The notes under the pieces were generated by a model, which saw only the letters and a list, made by a program, of their open reading frames with translations, searched no databases and was not told where the DNA came from. The position numbers were made by a program, and so were the translations under genes. A DNA stretch of 20,000 nt from an uncultured virus (IMG/VR IMGVR_UViG_3300037508_001334) (lineage: Duplodnaviria; Heunggongvirae; Uroviricota; Caudoviricetes). Shown one piece after another: positions 1 to 7,479 of this stretch (its first letter is position 1; each line of letters opens with the position of its first letter). The stretch lies in the IMG/VR virus record IMGVR_UViG_3300037508_001334; one strand, 5' to 3'.

Positions 1-669
1 CATCATAATTTTTTAGGTGATCTTGAATTAGAAAAGAAAGAACAAAACGGCATCCGTCTGTATCATCTTCCTGATGGTCAGTGGGTGCCTTCTATCACTT
101 CTGTAACGTCTTTCTACAATAGACAGATTTTTGTGAAGTGGAGAGAACGTGTTGGTCTTGAAGAAGCAAATCGTATTACTAAAAGAGCAACAGCACGAGG
201 GACTGATTTTCACCAAGTTTGTCAGGACTATCTTGAAAACAAAGAACTGAACTGGAATGATTATCAACCCCTGACAAAGTTTATGTTTTATCACCTCAAA
301 CCAGAACTTGATAAGATAAATAATATACACGCAATTGAAAGAACTTTATATTCACAGTACTACGGGCTTGCAGGACGAGTTGATTGTATTGCTGAATATG
401 AAGGAGAACTTGCGGTCATTGACTTTAAAACTTCAGACAAAATTAAACCAGAAGAGTGGATTGAAAACTATTTCGTTCAAGAAATGTTTTATGCAGCAGC
501 TTATTATGAACTGACGGAAAAACCAATTAAAAAACTGATTACTTTGATGGTCACTCCTGGTGGTGAAGTTAAAGTATTTGACAAAAGAAACAAAGGGGAT
601 TATATTAAGTTACTAGTCCGATATATCAAAGAATTTGTACATCACAATACTGGATCAGATGGAGAATGA
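1..669 (+). CDS. PD-(D/E)XK (RecB/Cas4-like fold) phage exonuclease, 5'-truncated
   Basis: Frame is open from base 1 (HHNFLGDLELEKKEQNGIRLYHLPDGQWVPSITSVT...), so the real start lies upstream of the window and GTG at 85 is internal. Motifs PSITSV, RGTDFH, E..L, GRVDCIAE, IDFKTS and QxxxYA are present. The position before gp33 is typical of cyanomyophages. Confidence 0.85.
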   Translation, partial: HHNFLGDLELEKKEQNGIRLYHLPDGQWVPSITSVTSFYNRQIFVKWRERVGLEEANRITKRATARGTDFHQVCQDYLENKELNWNDYQPLTKFMFYHLKPELDKINNIHAIERTLYSQYYGLAGRVDCIAEYEGELAVIDFKTSDKIKPEEWIENYFVQEMFYAAAYYELTEKPIKKLITLMVTPGGEVKVFDKRNKGDYIKLLVRYIKEFVHHNTGSDGE

Positions 670-916
670 ATTAGAAAAAGCATTAGAAAGTAAGTTCTTT
701 TGTCCATCAAAATTTGCTCAAGAAATTGAATCTCTGGTTCATACCAATGAGGATATGAATTATATTGATGCAATTATTCACTTCTGTGAAAAGAATAGCA
801 TTGATGTAGAATCTGTTCCTAAATTGATCTCTAAGCCATTGAAAGAGAAAATCAAGTATGAAGCAATGGAACTTAACTTTCTTAAAAAAACTTCCCGTGC
901 TAGATTAGTTTTTTGA
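659..916 (+). CDS. gp33: Late promoter transcription co-activator (T4 gp33)
   Basis: ATG at 659 (MENELEKALESKF...). The sequence FAQEIE...YIDAIIHFCEKNSIDVESVPKLISKPLKEKIKYEAMELNFL matches the gp33 pattern. Order 33-59-32 as in T4. Confidence 0.9.
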   Translation: MENELEKALESKFFCPSKFAQEIESLVHTNEDMNYIDAIIHFCEKNSIDVESVPKLISKPLKEKIKYEAMELNFLKKTSRARLVF

Positions 917-1513
917 ATGATGCCTTTTGATGTATATCGTGAATATCTTGCGTTAAAAAATCACTTTACAAAAGATAGTTATGACTACTTTAAGTATTGT
1001 GGTAAAAGTCGTGCAACGGTTCAATCTTTTTACAAACGCAAAGATCGTTTTTGGTTTGAAAAAGTAGCACGTCAAAAAACAGATCAAGAAGTTGTAGAGT
1101 TCTTTGTATCAAACTTTATTACCTGCACTGATCCAAGTAAACTTTGGATTGGTGAAATGATCCGAGAAGGTGATAGAAGATATGAAGACTGGAAAAAGAA
1201 AAATCAATCACTTTCCTATGTCTTTAAACAAGAAACGCAAAGTTTCTTTGAAGATAAAAAAGTAGATGAAGTCTTTAAGTGTTCTAAAGGTCATCCACCA
1301 GTTCTTAAAAATTTCCTGAACGGGAACATTAGTCTTGAAACACTAGTCATTTATGATAGAATATTCCTGTTCGGGAAAAACTTTGATAAGAAACTTAAAG
1401 ATCCTGTGTGGGAATCTGTAAGTATGAAGATGAAAAAGTATTCTCCTTTCCTACATATTGATGTGCAACGTTATAAACATATTTTAAAAGAAATTATTTT
1501 GGGGGATAAATGA
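917..1513 (+). CDS. gp59: Helicase loader (T4 gp59)
   Basis: YLALKNHFT..YDYFKY.GK...SFYKRKDRFWFEK and ISLETLVI motifs; lies between gp33 and gp32. The start may be 917 or 920 (ATGATG). Confidence 0.9.
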   Translation: MMPFDVYREYLALKNHFTKDSYDYFKYCGKSRATVQSFYKRKDRFWFEKVARQKTDQEVVEFFVSNFITCTDPSKLWIGEMIREGDRRYEDWKKKNQSLSYVFKQETQSFFEDKKVDEVFKCSKGHPPVLKNFLNGNISLETLVIYDRIFLFGKNFDKKLKDPVWESVSMKMKKYSPFLHIDVQRYKHILKEIILGDK

Positions 1514-1854
1514 GTTTCTTTAAATCTGAAGTCGTCCGTGCTGAGATGGCAGAAATTAGTGAGTTGCAGGAAGACGTTTATCGTAATGTCTTTAAGTTCT
1601 CTACAATGTCAAAAGAAGAAAAACTTAATCACGTCAAAGTTCTTGAAAAACTTCTTGAAAAACAGAAAGTTCTTTATACTAGATTAAGTTTATCTGATGA
1701 TCCTGAAGCAGTTGAAATGAAAGAACGCATTACGCAATCTGCAACAATGATGGGACTCCCCCAAAATGTTGATATGAATATCATTTTGAATAATATGTCC
1801 AAAATGCTTGAAGTGATGAAACAGCAAATTGACAAAACAGGTTCCGACCTGTAG
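1510..1854 (+). CDS. DUF1825-like helical protein shared by cyanobacteria and cyanophages
   Basis: MSFFKSEVV start, HVKVLEKLLEKQKVLYTRLSLSDDPEA core, 114 aa; ATGA overlap with gp59. Confidence 0.7.
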   Translation: MSFFKSEVVRAEMAEISELQEDVYRNVFKFSTMSKEEKLNHVKVLEKLLEKQKVLYTRLSLSDDPEAVEMKERITQSATMMGLPQNVDMNIILNNMSKMLEVMKQQIDKTGSDL

Positions 1855-1857
1855 AAT
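1829..1857 (+). promoter_or_regulatory. Sigma70-type (early/host RNAP) promoter for gp32
   Basis: TTGACA (1829-1834), 17-nt spacer, TAGAAT (1852-1857), 46 nt upstream of the gp32 ATG. Confidence 0.8.
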
Positions 1858-1903
1858 AACGAAGTACACAAAAGCCAAATCTGTACAAATACGAGGTAAT
1901 CTA

Positions 1904-2839
1904 ATGTCTTTTAAAGATCTTAAGAAACAATCTTCTCTGGGTTCTCTTACACAGAAACTAGTAAAAGAAGTAGAGAAGATGAGTACAACTTCTGGAGGCA
2001 CTGATGAACGTCTCTGGAAACCTGAAGTGGATAAAACTGGTAACGGTTTTGCCGTGATCCGTTTTCTCCCTGCACCCGAAGGTGAAGAACTTCCCTGGGC
2101 AAAAATGTATTCTCACGCCTTCCAAGGTCCTGGTGGTTGGTACATTGAGAATAGTCTGACTACAATCGGTCAGAAAGATCCCCTTGGAGAACACAATCGT
2201 GAACTTTGGAACAGTGGAACTGAAGCAAACAAAGAAACTGTTCGTAAGCAAAAGCGTAAACTGTCTTACTATAGCAACATCTATGTTGTAAAGGACCCCA
2301 CTAATCCTACTAATGAAGGTAAAGTCTTCCTGTTTAAGTATGGTAAGAAAATCTTTGATAAGATTATGGAAGCAATGCAACCTGAGTTTGAGGATGAAAC
2401 TCCTATTAATCCTTTTGATTTCTGGCAGGGTGCAAACTTCAAACTGAAGATTGTGAAGAAGGATGGTTATTGGAACTACGACAAGTCTGAGTTTGGTTCT
2501 GTGGAACCTCTGCTGGACGATGATGATGCTCTGGAAGCAATCTGGAAGAAAGAGTATTCTCTTGCTGCTGTGACTGCTCCCGATCAATTCAAGTCTTATG
2601 AAGAACTTGAGAAACGTCTGAATTATGTTCTTGGACAGAAAGGTTCTTCTCGTTCTTCTGTTGAAGAAGAAACTGAGTATGATGATTATTCGGAGAACAA
2701 TGTTGAGAGTGCTGTTGTAAAGGAACTTGAAGAGTCCTATGCTCGTTCTAAGTCCCCTTCACTTCCCGTTGTCACCAAAGAGGTGGATGACGATGAAGAT
2801 GATGCTCTTGCATATTTCTCTCGTCTTGCTGACGAATGA
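1904..2839 (+). CDS. gp32: Single-stranded DNA-binding protein (T4 gp32)
   Basis: True start is ATG 1904 after SD GAGGT (1893-1897), not TTG 1829. Motifs DERLWKP..DK.GNG.AVIRFLPAP, GWYIENSLTT, GKVFLFKYGKKIFDKI, GANFKLKI, NYDKSEF, and an acidic C-terminal tail. Confidence 0.95.
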   Translation: MSFKDLKKQSSLGSLTQKLVKEVEKMSTTSGGTDERLWKPEVDKTGNGFAVIRFLPAPEGEELPWAKMYSHAFQGPGGWYIENSLTTIGQKDPLGEHNRELWNSGTEANKETVRKQKRKLSYYSNIYVVKDPTNPTNEGKVFLFKYGKKIFDKIMEAMQPEFEDETPINPFDFWQGANFKLKIVKKDGYWNYDKSEFGSVEPLLDDDDALEAIWKKEYSLAAVTAPDQFKSYEELEKRLNYVLGQKGSSRSSVEEETEYDDYSENNVESAVVKELEESYARSKSPSLPVVTKEVDDDEDDALAYFSRLADE

Positions 2840-3508
2840 TTAAGAGTAAAGTTTAATATTATCTCCTCTCTTAAGGTCCTCACTAACATACTGTGAGGAC
2901 CCTTTTTTATACGACATAATTTCTTCTATATCGTTCAAAACGACATTTAAGTATTGGGATTTTAAAGTGTAAATATTTCTTTTATCATTTTCTAGTTTTT
3001 CTTCATATTCATAATTTGTGACTGGAACTGCTATATTTCCACTATCAACTTGTTGATCAATAAAGTAATCATAAAAACTTACAGAGTATGGTGATGAAAC
3101 TTGAAGTCCTCGAGGAACAACGATTACATCCTGACTATTTTTAATTTCTGTTGTTTCGTAATGATGAATCCCTCCGTATAAAGTTTCATAATCTCCGTAT
3201 TTGGATAACATCAAATCATCAAATTGTTGTTGGGGTAATGGCCATTCTGTTTGAATATTCACAATATTGTTGCATAAAAGAATCACCCAGTCTAAACTGG
3301 AATCTTGATAAACTTCATAAGCAACATTATCTGGACGATCATTGCCTTTTATTTGATACTTAGTGAAGAATGCTAAGTTTTGAAAAATGTCTTCTCTTAA
3401 TTTTCCTTTCTTGAATAGATTTTTAAGAGGAGCATAATCTCCAATTTTAGCATCTGGAAGTCTGCTAACGTATTCAAAGTTTGGAACTTGGCGGAAGTAA
3501 CTTGGCAT
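2840..3508 (-). CDS. gp53: Baseplate wedge subunit (T4 gp53, LysM-like)
   Basis: YFRQVPNFEY start, KNLFKK, Y.IKGNDRPDNVAYEVY....LDWVILLCNNI, EWPL, HHYET, VTNYEYE...N..KRNI motifs. Confidence 0.9.
   Translation of the reverse strand: MPSYFRQVPNFEYVSRLPDAKIGDYAPLKNLFKKGKLREDIFQNLAFFTKYQIKGNDRPDNVAYEVYQDSSLDWVILLCNNIVNIQTEWPLPQQQFDDLMLSKYGDYETLYGGIHHYETTEIKNSQDVIVVPRGLQVSSPYSVSFYDYFIDQQVDSGNIAVPVTNYEYEEKLENDKRNIYTLKSQYLNVVLNDIEEIMSYKKGSSQYVSEDLKRGDNIKLYS
2875..2908 (+). terminator. Intrinsic terminator for the gp32 operon, embedded antisense in the gp53 3' end
   Basis: GGTCCTCAC (2875-2883), 9-nt loop, GTGAGGACC (2893-2901), then C and TTTTTT (2903-2908); 35 nt after the gp32 stop. Confidence 0.75.
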
Positions 3509-3509
3509 T

Positions 3510-4874
3510 TTAGTAACCTATGTAATCGTCTTTATCTCTATCAATTTCTGTATAATCATCATCATAAATTGGTTCAAGTTCTTGGAAAGTCAAATCAACT
3601 TGATATGAAACCATTGCTCCATCTTCAAAAGACATATATGTTGCTTCTGGAGTGTAATTTACATTACAACTTGTTAATGCACACTCTTTAAATTTATTTA
3701 AGTATGGGTGATTTTCGTTCTTAAAAATATAAGAAATTGCAAAAGTGTGTGGTGTTTGTAATAAAAATGAAGAAGCAGATCTTTTTACTGACATTGCTTG
3801 TTTAAATGTTCTAATAATTTTTCTAACTATTTCTGCTTCAGATTTTGAACGTGGTGATAATTTAAAACTAAAAGAAAACTGACGAAGATCTGGAGAATTA
3901 AAAAGCAATTCTAAGTTTGGATTGATTATTGCACCAAATTCTCTTTGCATAAGACCACCAGAATTAATAGCACCTTCTATTGTTTTGGTGATTATTGCTT
4001 TTCTTAAATCGGAAATATTAGCCCTATTAAATTGCTCCTCTGCTTTTTTTGTAACATCTCCTCCTTGAAGAGCTGTTTGAACTAATTTTCCTGCTGCACC
4101 TTGGGGATCATATAAAGGTTCTGACCCAGACCATACAACTCTATTTGAATCTTGAATCCCACCTGGTATTGGAAGAACTATTGTACCTAATATTGTTCTT
4201 TTTTTATCTGCAGATTTTGGTATTCCTCCTTCAACAACTACTCTTCTTAAATTTCTATCTCCTTCTCCAAATCCTTTAAGACCTGTTTGTTTATATTTTA
4301 CGATTGAAAATTTAATACAATCTTGATAATTTAATTTTAAACCTTCTGGATAAACAATAGGTGTGTTACCATAGTCTTCTCTAGACGCAATTTTATCTTT
4401 ACCACTTTTTATGTAATTTGCTTCATTTTCTGTTAGAGCACCTTGTTGGTCTCCTGCTCCTGATTTTGCTTTTGGTGTTGTTGTTGCTGCACTATTTGGA
4501 AATATTAGTTGTTGCGCATTTTTTTCTCCACCATTTTGTGCTGTAATAACTCCATAATTTTTTACTGATTTTTGTCCTACTGCGCTTGAAAAATATTTGT
4601 TTTCTGCTGCATTGTTTTGTGAATTAGGATTTGGTTGAAAAACACCATCTTTTGGAATCGTACCAACAGTTCTATCTTGACCGACAGTTCCCAATACGAG
4701 CACTGATGAAGAAACACCGTTGTATTCTTTAATTGTAATTTCTCCCGATTGAGAATCTACCAAAGTATAGTATTTTTTTGTACTATCAATATTGGTTGGA
4801 GTGTCAACTCCATTTAATTTATAAGTTTCTGGAACTCGAAATAGATTTCTGTCCCTGCTACCATAAGTTGCCAT
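3510..4874 (-). CDS. gp48: Baseplate tail tube cap (T4 gp48)
   Basis: ATG at 4874 after SD GGAGGGAG. Motifs IVLPIPGGIQDSN.V.W, NPNLELLFNSPDLRQFSFSFKLSPRSKSEA, FKECALTSCNVNYTP and LTFQELEPI. The N-terminal ~170 aa look like a variable extension. Confidence 0.9.
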   Translation of the reverse strand: MATYGSRDRNLFRVPETYKLNGVDTPTNIDSTKKYYTLVDSQSGEITIKEYNGVSSSVLVLGTVGQDRTVGTIPKDGVFQPNPNSQNNAAENKYFSSAVGQKSVKNYGVITAQNGGEKNAQQLIFPNSAATTTPKAKSGAGDQQGALTENEANYIKSGKDKIASREDYGNTPIVYPEGLKLNYQDCIKFSIVKYKQTGLKGFGEGDRNLRRVVVEGGIPKSADKKRTILGTIVLPIPGGIQDSNRVVWSGSEPLYDPQGAAGKLVQTALQGGDVTKKAEEQFNRANISDLRKAIITKTIEGAINSGGLMQREFGAIINPNLELLFNSPDLRQFSFSFKLSPRSKSEAEIVRKIIRTFKQAMSVKRSASSFLLQTPHTFAISYIFKNENHPYLNKFKECALTSCNVNYTPEATYMSFEDGAMVSYQVDLTFQELEPIYDDDYTEIDRDKDDYIGY

Positions 4875-4936
4875 CAAACTCCCTCCCCGTTTACAAGAGG
4901 ATTAATGATCTCAATTTTTTGTAGAGTATGAGACAT
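4874..4936 (-). CDS. Putative 20-aa upstream ORF (MSHTLQKIEIINPLVNGEGV) coupled to gp48
   Basis: ATG at 4936, open for 20 codons; its TGA (4876-4874) overlaps the gp48 ATG (TGATG). No SD of its own. Confidence 0.35.
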   Translation of the reverse strand: MSHTLQKIEIINPLVNGEGV

Positions 4937-4949
4937 TTATAAGGAGTTT

Positions 4950-5339
4950 TTATTTATTTAGAAGGAATTTTGCATAAGGTATAGAAAGAAGTTCATCAAG
5001 TTCTTCATACTTAATGACGTGAAGTTGTCCTGCTATTTCTTCCCAAGTATAATTTCTTGATTCTCTCCAGTGAAAATTAATTGCTTTAAATCCCCACCGT
5101 TGAACTTCTGTACAAGCAATTAACGGGTGCTGATCATATTCAATATTTGGAGTCTTAGGATTATAAACGAACGTATAAAACTTTCCTGGTTCTGGTATCC
5201 AAGTTTTTTCTTTAAAGATATCCATAATCAAAACCATAATGTCTTCTGGATCTTTTACACTCATCCTTCCAACTTCTTGTTTGAGTTTTCTAACTCTTGC
5301 CGTTGATCCTGCAATATATTGACCGAAACCTTCTGCCAT
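4950..5339 (-). CDS. gp2: DNA end protector protein (T4 gp2-like, short cyanophage form)
   Basis: PGKFYTFVYNPKT...YDQHPLI...GFKAINFHW...RNY resembles the gp2 core; directly downstream of gp4 with a TAATG overlap. Confidence 0.7.
   Translation of the reverse strand: MAEGFGQYIAGSTARVRKLKQEVGRMSVKDPEDIMVLIMDIFKEKTWIPEPGKFYTFVYNPKTPNIEYDQHPLIACTEVQRWGFKAINFHWRESRNYTWEEIAGQLHVIKYEELDELLSIPYAKFLLNK
4951..4961 (-). promoter_or_regulatory. T4-type late promoter(s) upstream of gp48
   Basis: The minus strand reads CTAAATAAATA (overlapping CTAAATA and ATAAATA) at the gp2 stop. A further TATAAAT(G) lies at 4941-4935. Confidence 0.6.
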
Positions 5340-5782
5340 TACTTGATACCCAAATCTTCTTCTGTGATTACTTTAAACTCCAATAATCTGTCCTTACAAA
5401 ACTCTTCTGCAGCTTTCCACTTTGCTTGATTCACTGCATAAGTCGTACATTCATAAAGATATGATTTAGTGACTCTACTCTTTTTTTGTGGAGGAACAGT
5501 TTGTTTTTTGGGTTTTACTTCAATTACATAAGTTTTAACTTTTCCAGATTGTTCTTTTACTTTAATAATAAAATCTGGAAAGTATCTGTGAACTCTATTA
5601 TCTACTGGAGAACGATATGGAATGTAAAATTCTTCACTGCCCCATTCTAAAATATTTTCATTTAAATCACACCAACTACAGAAACGTCTTTCCCAACTAC
5701 TTCTACAAATAATATTATTTGGGTCACCTTTGTATTTTTGTGGATAAGATGGTTTGTATTTACTCTTAATACTTTCTGCCAT
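5339..5782 (-). CDS. gp4: Head completion nuclease (T4 gp4, TnsA-like fold)
   Basis: P.KYKGDPNNIICRSSWERRF, WGSEE..IPYRSPVDNRVHRYFPDF, IEVKPKKQT, VNQAKWKAA and FKVITE motifs; SD AAGGA upstream. Confidence 0.92.
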   Translation of the reverse strand: MAESIKSKYKPSYPQKYKGDPNNIICRSSWERRFCSWCDLNENILEWGSEEFYIPYRSPVDNRVHRYFPDFIIKVKEQSGKVKTYVIEVKPKKQTVPPQKKSRVTKSYLYECTTYAVNQAKWKAAEEFCKDRLLEFKVITEEDLGIK

Positions 5783-5816
5783 TTTCCTTAATACATAATA
5801 TATACCAGTTAAAAAG

Positions 5817-5824
5817 TATTTATA
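5817..5824 (-). promoter_or_regulatory. T4 late promoter for the gp4-gp2 operon
   Basis: Perfect TATAAATA on the minus strand, 34 nt upstream of the gp4 ATG. Confidence 0.8.
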
Positions 5825-5825
5825 G

Positions 5826-6719
5826 ATGGCATCTCCGTCTCCATCAAAGAAAAGTGTATTTGATATAAAATCAAAAATATTAAGACCTGCACTAACTTCT
5901 CATTTTCAATGTTGGTTTAATCCTCCAGTTGATGTTCAAAATTGGTTGAAGCAAAGACAAGAAGCTGGTATTGGAGTTGCTTATGATAATAATTATGCAG
6001 AGATTTATTCTTTGCTTTGTTGTGAAACTTCTTTGCCCGGTTCTTCTTTAGCAACTTTGGATATTAATAATGATTTTACTGGTGTAACTGAGAAGCACGC
6101 ATATCGTAGGATTTATGATGACCGAGTTGATTTTACTTTTTATGTTGATCACGATTATAATATAATTAAATTCTTTGAAAATTGGATTGGGTATATTGTA
6201 AATGAGCAATATACTGATGAAAATGGAGTAAAAAATAATGCAATAGAACTACCAAATTATTCTTATAAGGTGAGATATCCAAATGGTACTGGAAGAGCTA
6301 GAAGATCCAATCAATCTGGAAGTGGATACAGAACAGAAGTTTATTTGAATAAATTTGAAAGAGATTATAATGGAAGATATATTCGTTATAGATTTTTTCA
6401 GGCATATCCAATTAATATACAATCAATGCCCGTATCTTATGATTCCTCTTCTTTGTTAAAATGTACAGTTTCTTTTACTTATACTAGATATCTTGTCAGT
6501 GGAGAATTTAATACAGAGTCGCAGGAAAATCTATTTAATAACATAACTCCGGAACAAGCCGCAGCAATTAATGCAGCTTCTTATAATCCAAATCTTAATC
6601 TTGGAATAGACTATGCAAGATATAATGTAACTGGTGGAGTTAACTATGCTGCTGCATTTGCATCCGGCAATTCTGTCAATATTACTCCAGAGACTAGTGA
6701 TTACAGAGATTACAACTAA
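5826..6719 (+). CDS. Tail-tube-fold protein, probable baseplate tail tube initiator (gp54-like)
   Basis: LLCCETSLPGSSLAT, FTFYVD...FFENW..YI and FFQAYPINIQSMPVSY...LLKCTVSFTY are typical of the gp19/gp54/gp48 fold; divergent from gp4 and upstream of gp26. Confidence 0.7.
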   Translation: MASPSPSKKSVFDIKSKILRPALTSHFQCWFNPPVDVQNWLKQRQEAGIGVAYDNNYAEIYSLLCCETSLPGSSLATLDINNDFTGVTEKHAYRRIYDDRVDFTFYVDHDYNIIKFFENWIGYIVNEQYTDENGVKNNAIELPNYSYKVRYPNGTGRARRSNQSGSGYRTEVYLNKFERDYNGRYIRYRFFQAYPINIQSMPVSYDSSSLLKCTVSFTYTRYLVSGEFNTESQENLFNNITPEQAAAINAASYNPNLNLGIDYARYNVTGGVNYAAAFASGNSVNITPETSDYRDYN

Positions 6720-6722
6720 ATA
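6716..6722 (+). promoter_or_regulatory. T4-type late promoter upstream of gp26
   Basis: CTAAATA overlapping the preceding stop codon, 26 nt before ATG 6749. Confidence 0.6.
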
Positions 6723-6748
6723 ATCATACTGAAATTCTATAGGTCATT

Positions 6749-7468
6749 ATGCCTTTACCAAAGATTAGTACACCAACTTATGAAGTTGAATTGCCATCAA
6801 CAGGAGAGACAATTCAATACAGACCGTTTTTAGTTAAAGAAGAAAAAGTATTAGTGATTGCTTTAGAAAGTGAAGACACAAAGCAAATCACAAATGCAAT
6901 TAAGACAGTAATTAAAAATTGTATTTTATCAAAGGGTGTAAAAGTAGAAACACTTCCAACATTTGATATTGAATATTTGTTTCTTAATATTCGTGGCAAA
7001 TCTGTTGGAGAGGAAATAGAGGTTAATATAATCTGCCCTGATGATGAAGAAACTACAACTACAGTAACTCTTAATTTGGATGATATTAAAGTCCAAAAGA
7101 ATGAAGATCACACAAATAAAATTCGTGTAGATAAAAGCATTATGATGGAAATGAAGTATCCATCACTTGAGCAGTTTATTAAAACTAATTTTGATTTTTC
7201 AAATACAAATGCAATGGATCAATCATTTGAATTGATTGCTTCTTGTATTGATAAAATCTATACTGAGGATGAAGTTTGGTCTACTGCTGATGTGACTAAA
7301 AAAGAACTGAATGAATTTTTAGAGCAAATGAATTCATCGCAATTCAAGGAAATTGAAAAGTTCTTTGAAACGATGCCTAAACTTTCTCATAAAGTTAAAG
7401 TTACAAATCCAAAAACTCAAGTTGAAAGTGAAGTTGTTTTAGAAGGGTTAGCATCTTTTTTCGCATAG
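6749..7468 (+). CDS. gp26: Baseplate hub assembly protein/chaperone (T4 gp26)
   Basis: MPLPKI.TPTYE..LPS, YRPFLVKEEK.L, FDIEYLFLNIRGKSVGE, CPDD, MKYP, FFETMPKL and the LEGLASFF end. Confidence 0.9.
   Translation: MPLPKISTPTYEVELPSTGETIQYRPFLVKEEKVLVIALESEDTKQITNAIKTVIKNCILSKGVKVETLPTFDIEYLFLNIRGKSVGEEIEVNIICPDDEETTTTVTLNLDDIKVQKNEDHTNKIRVDKSIMMEMKYPSLEQFIKTNFDFSNTNAMDQSFELIASCIDKIYTEDEVWSTADVTKKELNEFLEQMNSSQFKEIEKFFETMPKLSHKVKVTNPKTQVESEVVLEGLASFFA
7456..7462 (+). other. Candidate -1 ribosomal frameshift site T TTT TTC joining gp26 to gp51
   Basis: X XXY YYZ heptamer in the correct phase (TCT TTT TTC GCA TAG); the -1 frame is open straight into the gp51 ORF. Confidence 0.6.
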
Positions 7469-7479
7469 CACTGGTTCAT

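Noticed and set aside
316..322. ATAAATA inside the exonuclease gene as a late promoter
   Set aside because: It is about 340 nt from the next start, in an early/replication block, and could easily be a chance match in AT-rich DNA.
1..669. Cas4-like nuclease as a sign of a CRISPR system
   Set aside because: No repeat-spacer array or other cas genes are visible, and the Cas4 Fe-S cysteine cluster is absent. It fits a core phage exonuclease.
908..922. gp33 TGA immediately in frame with the gp59 ATG, preceded by a T6 run (readthrough or frameshift)
   Set aside because: gp33 and gp59 are known independent proteins with complete ends, and ATGATG provides normal reinitiation. Nothing else supports recoding.
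1829..1903. ORF-track N-terminal extension of gp32 from TTG 1829 (likewise 635 for gp33 and 4877 for gp48)
   Set aside because: TTG 1829 is the -35 box. SD placement and protein N-termini favour ATG 1904, 659 and 4874.
1958..2587. 209-aa antisense ORF within gp32, and other short antisense or alternate-frame ORFs in the track
   Set aside because: They fully overlap well-supported genes, lack recognisable motifs or RBS, and are expected shadows of codon bias.
5339..5782. TnsA-like endonuclease as a transposon or homing element
   Set aside because: Motifs and synteny with gp2 match the core head completion protein gp4; no terminal repeats or transposase partners.
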